DNA of 64,000 bases from Myxococcota bacterium (GCA_039028615.1 JBCCHT010000023.1:32001-96000), one strand, 5' to 3'; shown: positions 38,569 to 49,135, numbered from the stretch's first letter. Notes: generated from the letters alone by a model not told the origin. Program-made: numbers and translations.

Positions 38569-39708
38569 TCAGGCCCGAAGCCTCGCGGCGACCACGATCA
38601 CCCACAAGCCCGCGAACCATCCCCACGAGTCGGACTGGGCTCGTGGGGCGATCGAACACCCCTCGGTCGATGGATCGGCGGCTGGGGGCTCGGGCGCTTC
38701 ACATGCGCTCGGGGTCCGGGCGACGCACTGCGCTCCGGTCACCACGCCGTCTTCGCACCACCAGACGTTGCCGTTGCAGTCGCAGCAGCCCTGAGCGTCG
38801 AGCGATCCGCAGGGCCCCCCGGGATCGAGCTCGGCCGGGCACGAAGGTGCAGAGAGCTCCCCTCCCCGGGCGCCGCCACAGGTCGCTCCCACGCCGTCGG
38901 TCCACCCGCACAGACCCCCCGAGACCCCTTCGCCGCGGCCACACACCAGGGGCTCGCGGTCGGCCCAGTCACAGGCAGGGGCACCCACTGCCGGATCGAC
39001 CCCCGCCGCCTCCCCCGGTAGCACCACCTCGGCATGCGACTGCACCCAGTCGATGTGCATCGAGGCGTCCGTGTACGCGGTCTGCCCTCGACACTCGGCA
39101 TCACCATGGGACGCGGCCCCGAACACGCGCCAAGAACCATCGCCGAGCCGAATGAAGGCCGGGCCCCCCGAGTCCCCGAAGCACGCGTCCACCCCTTCAC
39201 GGCCGAGGTCCACCTCGCCGTCTTCGATCGCCTGGATCTCGGTCGTCGCCTCGAGCTTGGACCCACAGGGCGCCCCCCGATCGTTGACCCCGTAGCCCAC
39301 GATCGTCACCTCGTGGCCGGGCGCGAGCACCCATGCCTCGTCGGGTCGCAAGATCGGTACGACGGGCACGTCGTCGACCGCTTCGGCCAGTCGACAATAG
39401 GCAAAGTCGCCCCCCGGCTCGCCCCAACGCGGCGAGCGATGACACTCGTCGATGTCGACGGATCCGCCCGTGCCCCGGCTGCCCAGATACACCCGCTCCC
39501 ATGCAGTGCCGCAGTGCGCCGCGTAGATGACGATCTCGGGGTGCACCAGCGTGCCCGTGCAGCCCCCGAGGCCCAGCGAGACCGCCGAAGGCCACGCGCA
39601 CGGCTCCGAGACCACCCCGCCGTAGATCCCCGACGGGTCCGCGGCCGTAGCGAGGGCACTCGCAGCATCGACCGCGATCACAGTGGCCAAGACAAAGGAG
39701 GTCAGCAT
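38569..39708 (-). CDS. Secreted trypsin-like (S1) serine protease with MYXO-CTERM-like tail
   Basis: IYGG, AAHC, DFA, GDSGGP; Cys-rich region; C-terminal GCS...hydrophobic helix + Arg. Confidence 0.9.
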   Translation of the reverse strand: MLTSFVLATVIAVDAASALATAADPSGIYGGVVSEPCAWPSAVSLGLGGCTGTLVHPEIVIYAAHCGTAWERVYLGSRGTGGSVDIDECHRSPRWGEPGGDFAYCRLAEAVDDVPVVPILRPDEAWVLAPGHEVTIVGYGVNDRGAPCGSKLEATTEIQAIEDGEVDLGREGVDACFGDSGGPAFIRLGDGSWRVFGAASHGDAECRGQTAYTDASMHIDWVQSHAEVVLPGEAAGVDPAVGAPACDWADREPLVCGRGEGVSGGLCGWTDGVGATCGGARGGELSAPSCPAELDPGGPCGSLDAQGCCDCNGNVWWCEDGVVTGAQCVARTPSACEAPEPPAADPSTEGCSIAPRAQSDSWGWFAGLWVIVVAARLRA

Positions 39709-39782
39709 GGGTGAGACCGATCGGCAGGCAAAAGGGGGGGCCGGGCCTCGACTCTCTTTTCGAGACCCGGCCCCCGTCGCGA

Positions 39783-40472
39783 CTAGAACTGAGCCGGCAG
39801 CACGCCGAGCCAGACCCAGCTGGCGAAGCGATGGCAACCGAATCCGGTGTTGCCGATCTGCGTCACACCGAAGCCGTCATCGTCGGTGTTGGTCCAGCAG
39901 GCCTGCGTGCTCGGCCAGGTGATGGGCTGAGGGAAGCCCTGCGGCTGCGTCTGCACGGTGTAGTCGGTCCAGGTCTGGAACTGGAACTCGTTGTAGTCCG
40001 CGACCGCGGCCACGTTGCCCGAGATCTGCATGGAGCCCCAGTACCAGTTGCCGTAGTAGAACCAGGCGTTGGTGCTGGTGGTGTTCTCGAAGCAGATCCG
40101 GTTCCCCGTGAAGTTGACGCCCGAGTACATCACCAGGGGCGAGACCGAGATCGAGCCACAGGAAACCTGCCCCCAGACCTTGGGCTCGGCGCCTTCCTCA
40201 TAGAGGCGCTGCATCTCGGCCGCATCGGCGAGCATTTCTTCTTCGGTGAGCTCCACCGCCCGCACCAAGTGCGGCACGCCGTCGTCGTCGACCTCGACGG
40301 TGGAGATCCAGTAGCTGTCCTCATCGGCGCCCTCGGGCAGCACGTTGAAGGCCTCGAGTTCGGGCGCCTGTCCCGGCACCATGGCTTCGCGCTCGACCTC
40401 ACCCTCGATTCCCTCGGGGTCGCAGGCAGTGGTGAGCATCACAGCGCAAAGAGCAAAGAGTGTCTTGTTCAT
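39783..40472 (-). CDS. Hypothetical lipoprotein, possible beta/gamma-crystallin-like motif
   Basis: Lipobox TTAC; MYSGVNFTGNRICF. Confidence 0.7.
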   Translation of the reverse strand: MNKTLFALCAVMLTTACDPEGIEGEVEREAMVPGQAPELEAFNVLPEGADEDSYWISTVEVDDDGVPHLVRAVELTEEEMLADAAEMQRLYEEGAEPKVWGQVSCGSISVSPLVMYSGVNFTGNRICFENTTSTNAWFYYGNWYWGSMQISGNVAAVADYNEFQFQTWTDYTVQTQPQGFPQPITWPSTQACWTNTDDDGFGVTQIGNTGFGCHRFASWVWLGVLPAQF

Positions 40473-40882
40473 GATCGTTTCTCTCTATCGACGCGGTCGC
40501 CATCACGGCGCCGCTCGAGAGGACCCGTGCGGCAAAACCCGGTGAACAATTTGTTCCGCGAGAGAAAAAAACGACGGGCCGACTCACGGTCAAAAAATGG
40601 CCATGACGAAACATGATCGACCTTCACGTGTACGAGGAAATCGTTGCGTTGATTGCAACGGCGGACAGGCCGATTGTTCGCGGAAGAACTCGTTCCGGGG
40701 TCACCAACTGTGACCAAAATACTCCACCGCAGAGCGGCCTTCGCCGATATGCATGGGGTCGAATGAAGGAGAAATCTGCGCAAGACGCCCTCGGCAAATT
40801 CGTCGGCCTTCACTCCCCTGCCTTTGCTCACCAACCGAAGCGCCACGGCTGCGGCCACGAGCGCTCGTGCTAGCTTGCCGAG

Positions 40883-41500
40883 GTGGAACGCGAATGTGAA
40901 CTCGTCGACGCCTGGCGGTCGGGCGACGAGCAAGCCGGGGAAGCGCTGGTGGAAGCGTACTTTCCCGCGCTTCATCGCTTCGTTCGCAACAAGATCGACC
41001 ACGGGGTCGAAGACCTCATCCAGTCCACGTTCCTCGCGTGCCTCGAGGGTCGCGATCGCTTCGAAGGGCGCTCGAGCTTCCGCGCCTACCTGTTTGGAAT
41101 CGCGCGTCACCTGCTCTATGAGCGATATCGCAAGAAGGCCACGCACGGGGCTGATTTCGTGGCCGAGCGCAGCTCGGTGGCCGACCTCGAGACCGGGGTG
41201 AGCACGCTGGTCCGCCGCCGCTCCGACGAAGAGCAGCTGTACCGGGCGCTGCGCTGCATCCCGGTGGAGCAGCAGCTCATCCTCGAGCTGTACTTCTGGG
41301 AGTCGATGACCGCGCGCGAGATCGGTGAGGTCCTCGATCAACCCGAGGGCTCCATCCGCACCAAGATCCGACGCGCCCGCCTCCAGCTGCGCGAGCGACT
41401 CGAGGCCGAGGGCAGCGAGACCTTCGACTCGATCCCCGTCGGCGGTGGCATCGAAGCCTGGGCCAACTCGATCCGCGAGCGCTGGAAGCCGCCCGCGTAG
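40883..41500 (+). CDS. ECF RNA polymerase sigma factor
   Basis: EDLIQSTFL..FEGRSSFRAYLFGIAR; EIGEVLDQPEGSIRTKIRRAR. Confidence 0.9.
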   Translation: MERECELVDAWRSGDEQAGEALVEAYFPALHRFVRNKIDHGVEDLIQSTFLACLEGRDRFEGRSSFRAYLFGIARHLLYERYRKKATHGADFVAERSSVADLETGVSTLVRRRSDEEQLYRALRCIPVEQQLILELYFWESMTAREIGEVLDQPEGSIRTKIRRARLQLRERLEAEGSETFDSIPVGGGIEAWANSIRERWKPPA

Positions 41501-41506
41501 CCGACC

Positions 41507-44500
41507 ATGGACATCGACGAGCCCACCACCGCCCCGCTGTCGACGGAGGCCGAGCACCCGGGCCCCTCGGGGACGCCTCAGGGGCCGAGCGACCTCGATG
41601 CCGAGGCGGTGCGGGCCGCCGTGTTCCGCGATCTGTTTCCACGCCGCTTCGACCGGGTGCTCCTCGGTCGCTACACCCTGCTGCACAAGCTCGGTGAGGG
41701 CGGCATGGGGGTCGTCTACGCCGCGTACGACGACGTGCTCGACCGCAAGGTCGCGGTGAAGTTCATCCACACTCGGCAGGCCCATCGCAGCACGGCCCAG
41801 GCGCGGCTGCTTCGCGAGGCCCGGGCCATGGCTCGCGTATCCCATCCCGCGGTGGTCACGGTCTTCGACGCGGGGCGTACCGACGAGCACGTGTTCATCG
41901 CCATGGAGTTCGTGGAGGGGCGCTCGCTGTCCAAGTGGATGGAGGAGGGGTCTCACCCCTGGCGGGACGCCCTGTCGCTGTTCATCGCGGCCGGTCGCGG
42001 GCTGGCGGCCGCGCACGGAAACGGCGTGGTGCACCGCGACTTCAAGCCGGGCAACGTGCTCATCGATAGCCACGGGCGGGCCAAGGTTGCGGACTTCGGC
42101 CTGGCCGGGCTCGAGGCGGGCGAGCCTCGTCCCATCGAGAGCACCAAAAACAGCGAAGCCGAGTCGGCCCTGACACGAACGGGGGCGGTGATGGGCACGC
42201 CTGCGTATATGGCTCCCGAGCAGTTCGCTGGCGAGGCGGCGACGCCCGCCTCCGACCAGTTTTCGTTCTGTGTCGCGCTATTCGAGGCGCTGTTCGGGGC
42301 CCGCCCCTTCGACGGGCAGAGCCTGCGCGCGCTCGAAGCCAACGTGAAGGCAGGCCGGCTGCTCTCCCCCCTGCCCCCCGCCGAGGTGCCCACGCGGCTG
42401 AAGGACATCGTCATGCGAGGGCTGTCGAGCTCGCCCTCGGAGCGCTTCGAGTCCATGGAGCAGCTCGTCGCCGCCCTCGAGCAGTCTCGCCGTGGTCGCT
42501 GGCAACGACCCTCCACGGTGGGGCTGGCCGGGGTCGGCCTGGGGAGCCTCGCGTTGCTCGGCGGGCTGGCCTTGCAGGAGCCGACGACGAGCCCGTGCTC
42601 GGGTGGCCGTCAGCAACTCGAAGGGGTGTGGGATCCCGAGCAGCGGCAGCGGATGGTCGATGCTCTGTCCGCCGTCGATCGTCCCTACGCCGAGGGCACC
42701 GCCACCGGGGTCGCCGAAGGCCTGAGTACGTACGCCGACGCATGGGTCGCGGGCTTCGAAGATGCCTGCCTGGCCACCCGCGTGCGCGGCGAGAGCTCGG
42801 AGACCCTGCTCGATCGCCGCATGGGCTGCCTCCAGGGCCGACGACGCGAGCTTTCGGCCCTGGTCGACGTCCTCGCCGAGCCCGACCCTCGAGTCCTCCG
42901 CGGAGCGGTCGAGGCCGTCGAGTCGTTGCCCGCGGTGCAGCGCTGCGACGACATCGACTACGTGCTGGCCGAAGTGCCACCGCCGGGCGCCGAGCGGGCC
43001 CCGGCCATCACCGCGGCCGAGGTCGAGATCTCCGAGGTCCGGGCCCGTCGACGGGCCGGCCTCTACGACGCCGCCGCGACCAAGAGCGCGAAGGTGCTCG
43101 AGCAGGCTCGTACCTTGGAGTATCGCCCGCTGGTGGCCGCCGCCCTGGTGGAGCACGCCGCGGTGCTCGAAGGCCAGGGAAACTACGCCGAAGCCCGCGA
43201 GCACTACCAGCGGGCCTACGCGGTCGCCGACGAAGTCGGCGCGGACGAGCACCGCCTCGATGCCGCGCTCGGGGTGGTCACCGTGACCGCGCAGCACCTG
43301 CGGGAGACCGACGCGCTGCAGCCCTGGGACGCCCTGGCCCCGGCCGCGTGGCGCCGGATCGGCGAGCCTCCGTTGCGCGAAGCCGATCTTCGCCTCGCTC
43401 TGGGCACCGGGTCCTATCTGCGGGGGAACCTCGACGATGCGATCGAGCAGCTTCGCCGCGCGCTCGAGGTGGTGATGCGAACTCGCGGCTCGGGCCTGCA
43501 CGCGGCGAGAGTCCGAGGCCAGCTGGGCACCGTGCTCTCCGACAACAGCGAGCGGGAGGCGGCCGAGGTGCAGCTGCGGCAAGCGCTGGACATTCGGCTG
43601 GCCGAGCAGGGCCCCGACCATCCCGACGTCGCCGCGGCCCATCGTGAGCTGGGCACCTTGCTCATGCTCGGAGACGACCCCGCCCCGGCCGCGGCCAGCC
43701 TACGCGAGGCGCTGCGGATCCAGCTCGAAGCTTTGGGGTCCGAGCACCCGGAAGTCGCGATCACCCGCAACCAGCTCGGTCGGGTGCTCCAGCTCCAGGG
43801 CGAACTCGAGGCCGCGCTGTCCGAACTCCGCAAGGCGCAACAGATCGCCGGCCAGAGCCTCGGCGGCGAGCACCTCGTGGTCGGACGGCTCCACAAGGAC
43901 ATGGGCAGCGTGCTCATCGAGATGGGTCGCATCGAGGAGGGCCTCGACGAGCATCGACGCTCCCTCGAGCACATGCGGGCGGCGTTCGGCCCCGAGCATC
44001 GAGCCCCGGTCATCGTGCAGCTCAGCTTCGGGCAAGCCCTCGCTGCGCACGGTCGGCACGCCGAGGCGCTCCAGGAGCTCGGGGAGGCGCGCGACGTGGC
44101 GCGCTCCGGGCTCGGGCCCGACGACATGCTGCTGGGCTTCATCCTGCACGGGATCGGCCGCAGCCACGAAGCCACCGGGCAGCTCCAGCAGGCGGGCGAC
44201 GCCTACCGAGAGGCGCTGCGGGTCCGCCGAGCGGTCGAGCCGAGCGACCCGGCCGCGATCGCGCAGAGCCGAGCCTTCCTTGCGCACACGATGGCTCGTT
44301 CCGGGCGCGGGGAAGAGGCGCTCGAACACGCGGAAGCGGCCATGGCGTACCTCGACGACCCCGACATCGGGCCCATGGCTCGGGTCGCCAAGGCCGAGGC
44401 TCGGCTCGGGATGGGTCGCGAGTCGGACGACGCTCTCGCCGTTCTTCGCGAGGTCCGAGCCGCCACGAAGGACCCCTGGCTACGCGCGCGAATCGACGAG

Positions 44501-44527
44501 AGCCTGGCCGGTCCACCCCCGCAGTAG
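41507..44527 (+). CDS. Membrane Ser/Thr protein kinase with TPR repeats
   Basis: GEGGMG, HRDFKPGN, DFG, GTPAYMAPE; GPDHPDVA repeats; 6 bp after sigma gene. Confidence 0.93.
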   Translation: MDIDEPTTAPLSTEAEHPGPSGTPQGPSDLDAEAVRAAVFRDLFPRRFDRVLLGRYTLLHKLGEGGMGVVYAAYDDVLDRKVAVKFIHTRQAHRSTAQARLLREARAMARVSHPAVVTVFDAGRTDEHVFIAMEFVEGRSLSKWMEEGSHPWRDALSLFIAAGRGLAAAHGNGVVHRDFKPGNVLIDSHGRAKVADFGLAGLEAGEPRPIESTKNSEAESALTRTGAVMGTPAYMAPEQFAGEAATPASDQFSFCVALFEALFGARPFDGQSLRALEANVKAGRLLSPLPPAEVPTRLKDIVMRGLSSSPSERFESMEQLVAALEQSRRGRWQRPSTVGLAGVGLGSLALLGGLALQEPTTSPCSGGRQQLEGVWDPEQRQRMVDALSAVDRPYAEGTATGVAEGLSTYADAWVAGFEDACLATRVRGESSETLLDRRMGCLQGRRRELSALVDVLAEPDPRVLRGAVEAVESLPAVQRCDDIDYVLAEVPPPGAERAPAITAAEVEISEVRARRRAGLYDAAATKSAKVLEQARTLEYRPLVAAALVEHAAVLEGQGNYAEAREHYQRAYAVADEVGADEHRLDAALGVVTVTAQHLRETDALQPWDALAPAAWRRIGEPPLREADLRLALGTGSYLRGNLDDAIEQLRRALEVVMRTRGSGLHAARVRGQLGTVLSDNSEREAAEVQLRQALDIRLAEQGPDHPDVAAAHRELGTLLMLGDDPAPAAASLREALRIQLEALGSEHPEVAITRNQLGRVLQLQGELEAALSELRKAQQIAGQSLGGEHLVVGRLHKDMGSVLIEMGRIEEGLDEHRRSLEHMRAAFGPEHRAPVIVQLSFGQALAAHGRHAEALQELGEARDVARSGLGPDDMLLGFILHGIGRSHEATGQLQQAGDAYREALRVRRAVEPSDPAAIAQSRAFLAHTMARSGRGEEALEHAEAAMAYLDDPDIGPMARVAKAEARLGMGRESDDALAVLREVRAATKDPWLRARIDESLAGPPPQ

Positions 44528-44541
44528 TCCGGCCGCCGCGG

Positions 44542-45516
44542 CTACGCCTCTCGCTGCAGCAACATCGCGTGGAGCGAGAACTCGCAGCGCAGGCGGTCGT
44601 GGATGCGCAACGACCAGGGAACATCGCGATCGCTCCAGCAAAGCCGCATGCGGGGCAACAAGGCCTGCACTCGTGCCTCGACTCCCTCCGCATGGTCATC
44701 GCCCGGAGCCACGTCGGCATCGAGGCGCAGCGAAGGCTCGGTCACCCCGTCGTCCCAGTTGAACGGACTGCTCAGCAACAGCCCCCCCCCCGGTGCCAGC
44801 AAGGCCTGCGCCTGCTGCAACAACACCGCGGGGTGGGTGATCGAGTCGACGAGGTTGAGCGCGAGCACGATGGCGAAGGTGCCCGGCCGCAGCGGCGGCT
44901 GGCGAGCATCGGCGGCGATCCACTGGAGCTTCCGCAGCCTCGCTCGCACCGGCTCGGGCAGCTCGATCCGGCGTCGCGTCCAGCGGTTGGGGGTCGTCTG
45001 CACGGGGAGCCACTGGTCGCTCCCGGCCAAGCTCGAGGCGAACGCGAGCTGGACGATGCTCCCGTCGAGCACCACCACGTCGCGCGAGGGTGGCAGGCAC
45101 AACGCCTCGGCTCCGGTCGCCGCCCCGAGCAACAGCGCGGGGCCAGGAGGAATGGACGGCACCCGCTCCAGCGCATCGGTGATCCACCGCAACGAGGACG
45201 TCGACAACGGCGGCCGAGCCCATTGCCCGAAGTGTGCCCCCCCGAAGATCGCCAAGGACGAGGCCTCGCTCGGGTGGGCAGCGAGGGCTTCGGCAAAGTG
45301 CTCCTGGTCGAGCCCCTCGAGGATCTGCTCGGTGGCACCGAGTCCGGCGGCGGCGTCGTCGTCATCCAGCAGCACTGCGACGGAGGGGCCATCCCCCACC
45401 GAGACCGATGGATGGCGGATTCCACAGCCCGGGCACGTCAGCTCGACATCCAGCACCCGCTGGTGGTCAGGGCGGCAGCGAGGGCAGACAAGCTCCACGC
45501 CCGAGGCCTCAGCCAT
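44542..45516 (-). CDS. Class I SAM-dependent methyltransferase-like protein with N-terminal Zn finger
   Basis: CPRC..CPGC; degenerate motif I LLLGAATG; ADA..PP; NLVDS..LAPGG.LLLSSPFNW. Confidence 0.7.
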   Translation of the reverse strand: MAEASGVELVCPRCRPDHQRVLDVELTCPGCGIRHPSVSVGDGPSVAVLLDDDDAAAGLGATEQILEGLDQEHFAEALAAHPSEASSLAIFGGAHFGQWARPPLSTSSLRWITDALERVPSIPPGPALLLGAATGAEALCLPPSRDVVVLDGSIVQLAFASSLAGSDQWLPVQTTPNRWTRRRIELPEPVRARLRKLQWIAADARQPPLRPGTFAIVLALNLVDSITHPAVLLQQAQALLAPGGGLLLSSPFNWDDGVTEPSLRLDADVAPGDDHAEGVEARVQALLPRMRLCWSDRDVPWSLRIHDRLRCEFSLHAMLLQREA

Positions 45517-45561
45517 CGCCGATGAACGCTCCGAGCATTGCGCGTGAACGTAGCACGGCGC

Positions 45562-48411
45562 TCATTCGAGCCGATGCGTCTCGAGCCACTGCTCGAACGC
45601 GGCGAGCTGTGCGGTGTGCTCTCCGGGGGAGGCCCGCAACACCGCCGCGGCATCTTCGACCAATGCCCGGCCGCGAGCTCGATCTCGCTGGTCGCCTTCG
45701 ATATCCCACAAGATGGCACCGAGCATCTGGCCCACGTTGCCTCGGTCGCGAGCGACGACGTCTTCGCGACCGTAGAACCGAGTCCAGGTCTCCTCGGCGA
45801 GCGCGAGAGCGGGCTCCAACCGACCCGCACTCACCATCGCAGTCGCCAGGCTGTCCCGTATCTCCGCCATCTTTGGATGATCTGGCCCCTGGGCGTCCTC
45901 CCAACGAGCCATGACCTCTCGGTACTCCGACTCGGACTCCGCGTGCTTGCCTTGCTCCGAGAGCGATTTGGCGAGCGTGAGCTGCACGTCCACGACGTTG
46001 GGGTGACCGGGGTCCATCACCTTCTCCATCGACCTCAGCACGGCTCGATACTCGAGCTCGGCCTCGGCGTCCTTGCCGGCTGCGCTGAGCAGGGTTGCGA
46101 GGTTGTGGCGCGCCCCCAGGACATACGAATGCTCCGGTCCGAGCGAGCGTTCCCACGATTCCAACGCGGCCCGAAACTCCGCCTCCGCCGGCTTGCCCTG
46201 CTGAGCGAGCACGCTGGCGAGGTTGTTGCGGGTGAGCGCGACCTCGGGGTGGTCGGGGCCCACGAGTCTTTCCCTGAGCACCAGCGCCTGTCGGTACAGG
46301 TCCTCCGCCTCGGCGAACTTCTGCTGGCGCTGCAAGGCGATGGCGAGCTGGATCTGCGCGGTCGAGGTCCTCCGCTCTTCGAGCTGAAGCTCGCCCGGCG
46401 GTCGCTCGAGCACCGCCCGGTACTCGGCCTCGGCTTCGGCGTACTTGCCTTCGATCTCGAGCACGCTGCCGAACAGGATCCTCGACCACGCCTCGCGACG
46501 GGGATCGCCACGCACCAACCCCTGGACCAGCGGCCAGTAGCGACGCGCTTCCGAGCTCCGCCGCTGACGCTTTCCCACGAGCGTCATCATGCGTATCGCG
46601 GCATCGGCGAGCAGCTCGCGGTACCAGCCCTCGGTCGCGCGCTGGAGAGCGACTTCGTAGGCCTCGCCGGCCTCCTCGTAGTCGCCCAAGACCTCGAGCA
46701 CGTGCCCCTCGAGGAGCTTCTGCTCGACGAGGATCGGGCCATAGGTCACGTCGGAAAGCAGCGCAGCGGCGGCTTCGGCCTCGCGCTGCGCTGCGTCGTA
46801 GCGCCCCGCCAGTCGCTCCGCTCGCACGCGGGCGAGTCGCTGCTGGGCCCGCGCCACCACCTCGGCTTCTTCGGGGAGCGGGGGCTCGACATCGGCCTCG
46901 AGCGCGTCGGTATCCGAGCAGCGCGACAGCGGCCGCAGACCCGCGACGAGCTTGTGCGCCTTGTCGACGACCTTGGTGTCCGCGTTGGCCAGCGTGTCCA
47001 CCGTCGCGCCGAGATCCACCGAAGCACGGTGCAAGCACGCCATGCGCAGATCGAGCAGGCGCTGCGACTGCTCGCGACGCACCGCGGTCGCCTCACACGC
47101 CTCGGTGTGCAGCGTCACCCAGGACTCCGCGTAGTCGTCGAGCACTCGCCCGGTTCGGGTCCACACGTCTTCGACGTAGGGCCGCTCGACCGCCGTGAAC
47201 GACGCTTCCACCTCGGCCCGACGGGCCTCGTCCCAGACCCCCTCGAGCTTCGCCCGCGCCCCGACGCAGGGCTCGGCGCGACGATTGACCCAGCCATGAG
47301 CCGCGGTGCCCCCCAGGCCCAGCACCGCCACCCCCAGCAGACCCAGGGTCCAGACCTGGCGGCGCCGCCCGGGGTCCAACCGCAGGGCGCCGAGCAGGAC
47401 GTCCATCGAAGGCCATCGCTCCGCTGGCACCGCTGCCAGCCCGCGTCGAAGCGCATCCGTGACCGCGCGCGGCAACGCAGGCGCCCCCGATGGCCAAGGC
47501 GGCGGACCCTCGAGCTTGGCGAGCAGCAGCTCCTCGAAGGTCGTGCCCGCGAACGGTCGAGTCCCGGTCAGCCCCTCCCACAACGCCACACAGAAGCCGT
47601 ATTGATCGCTGTGCTCGTCGACCGCCGTGCCCTCGTGCTGCTCCGGCGACATATAGGCCGGAGTCCCGACCACCACTCCCGCCTGGGTCAGCGCCTCGAA
47701 CGTCGACGAGGCGGAAAGGTCCGAAGTGTCGTCGACGTCGATGTCTTCGGCTGCGCTCGACTCGCGGGCGAGCCCGAAGTCCAGCACCTTCACCACCCCG
47801 TCCTCGGTTCGCATCACGTTGTGGGGCTTGAAGTCGCGATGCACCAACCCCGCCCCGTGGGCCGCCGCCAGCCCTCGGCCGGCTTCGACGTAGGCCGCCA
47901 GGAGGTCTTGCCACGGCGGGCTGGACCGCTGCCAGTCGCCCAGACTCTCGCCGCGCACGAACTCCATCGCCACGAAGACATGACCTTCGCTACGACCCAC
48001 CTCGTGCACGGTGACGACGTTGGGGTGCGAGAGCCGAGCGAGGGCTTGCGCCTCCCGCCACAGCCGCTGCTCGTCCTCTTCGCGGCCCAGTCGATCGACG
48101 CGGAGCACCTTGATCGCGATCTTGCGGTCGAGGTGCGGATCGTAGGCCGAATACACCAGGCCCATGCCGCCCGCCCCGAGGCGATCGAGCATCGTGAAGC
48201 GACCCATGCGAACGACGGCCAAGCCCTCGCCCTCGCCCTCGCCCTCGCCCGGCAACGAGTCGAGCCCGTCCTTGGCCGTGTCGTGCCCGGGGTCGTCGAC
48301 GGGGCGGGTCTGTTGCTCCCACCGCGCGCCCCCAACCGGCGCCGCGGCTCGGGTGTCCTCGTCGTCGAGTCCCGCCGACGGTGGCGCGCTGTCGTCATCC
48401 CCTGGCGCCAC
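45562..48411 (-). CDS. Membrane Ser/Thr protein kinase with TPR repeats (no adjacent sigma factor)
   Basis: GAGGMG, HRDFKPHN, DFG, GTPAYMSPE; GPDHPEV repeats. Confidence 0.92.
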   Translation of the reverse strand: MAPGDDDSAPPSAGLDDEDTRAAAPVGGARWEQQTRPVDDPGHDTAKDGLDSLPGEGEGEGEGLAVVRMGRFTMLDRLGAGGMGLVYSAYDPHLDRKIAIKVLRVDRLGREEDEQRLWREAQALARLSHPNVVTVHEVGRSEGHVFVAMEFVRGESLGDWQRSSPPWQDLLAAYVEAGRGLAAAHGAGLVHRDFKPHNVMRTEDGVVKVLDFGLARESSAAEDIDVDDTSDLSASSTFEALTQAGVVVGTPAYMSPEQHEGTAVDEHSDQYGFCVALWEGLTGTRPFAGTTFEELLLAKLEGPPPWPSGAPALPRAVTDALRRGLAAVPAERWPSMDVLLGALRLDPGRRRQVWTLGLLGVAVLGLGGTAAHGWVNRRAEPCVGARAKLEGVWDEARRAEVEASFTAVERPYVEDVWTRTGRVLDDYAESWVTLHTEACEATAVRREQSQRLLDLRMACLHRASVDLGATVDTLANADTKVVDKAHKLVAGLRPLSRCSDTDALEADVEPPLPEEAEVVARAQQRLARVRAERLAGRYDAAQREAEAAAALLSDVTYGPILVEQKLLEGHVLEVLGDYEEAGEAYEVALQRATEGWYRELLADAAIRMMTLVGKRQRRSSEARRYWPLVQGLVRGDPRREAWSRILFGSVLEIEGKYAEAEAEYRAVLERPPGELQLEERRTSTAQIQLAIALQRQQKFAEAEDLYRQALVLRERLVGPDHPEVALTRNNLASVLAQQGKPAEAEFRAALESWERSLGPEHSYVLGARHNLATLLSAAGKDAEAELEYRAVLRSMEKVMDPGHPNVVDVQLTLAKSLSEQGKHAESESEYREVMARWEDAQGPDHPKMAEIRDSLATAMVSAGRLEPALALAEETWTRFYGREDVVARDRGNVGQMLGAILWDIEGDQRDRARGRALVEDAAAVLRASPGEHTAQLAAFEQWLETHRLE

Positions 48412-48565
48412 CAGGAAATCTTTTCATCGATACCCGTGCCTTGGCAACGAAGCACCATCGCGCCAGAGGTCTCCAGCGGGACGTCGTTTTCTTCGCCCTC
48501 CCGCGAAAAGGCCGGGTCCCCTCGGAGACCCGGCCCGTGCTCGAGATCGATGGGAGGTCTCGAGG

Positions 48566-49135
48566 CTACTGGACGGCCTCGATCTCGATGGTCACCGCGT
48601 CGTCGCTGAAGTTGGCGGCACGAAGACCGCGGGAGAAGTAGTCGGCGTAAAAATCTACCGTCCACGTCAGGCGTACTTCGGCCGCGGGCTCCTCACCGAA
48701 GTACTCGAAGCGCATCCGCTGGGGCTCGGCGCAGCTGCGACCCGAGCCGCCCCAGTCGTCGTCGAGCCGAAGATCGAACGCGAGGTCGTCACCATCCTCT
48801 CCCCATTCGTCGATCTGTTGCGGAGCATCGAGATCCAGTTGGTCTTCGAAGCGCTCTTCGTCGCCCCCCTCGAGCAGGCCTCGGAGCAGACCGCCTCGCT
48901 CGCCCCCCGTGACCTCGACGTCCGCGTTCACGAAGATGGTGGTACTGCTGATGCTGTCGACGCGACGGGGGATGTCCATGCACACCGTGACATCGAACTC
49001 GGCGATTGAATCGGCCGCGGTCATCGTGACTTCGGGGCCTTGCACTTGCTGGTGGACATGCGGCGGCGAGCAAGCAGCGGCCGCCAAGAGCATTCCGCAC
49101 AACAACGACCGGGGATTCAGCTCGAGCATTTTCAT
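48566..49135 (-). CDS. Hypothetical lipoprotein
   Basis: Lipobox AAAC; beta-rich acidic domain; alternative ATG 49129. Confidence 0.7.
   Translation of the reverse strand: MKMLELNPRSLLCGMLLAAAACSPPHVHQQVQGPEVTMTAADSIAEFDVTVCMDIPRRVDSISSTTIFVNADVEVTGGERGGLLRGLLEGGDEERFEDQLDLDAPQQIDEWGEDGDDLAFDLRLDDDWGGSGRSCAEPQRMRFEYFGEEPAAEVRLTWTVDFYADYFSRGLRAANFSDDAVTIEIEAVQ

Noticed and set aside
45538..48609. Long antisense ORFs (also 112-1434, 6620-9469, 23444-25291, 52185-54152)
   Set aside because: Shadow ORFs typical of high-GC DNA, opposite well-supported genes, with no motifs
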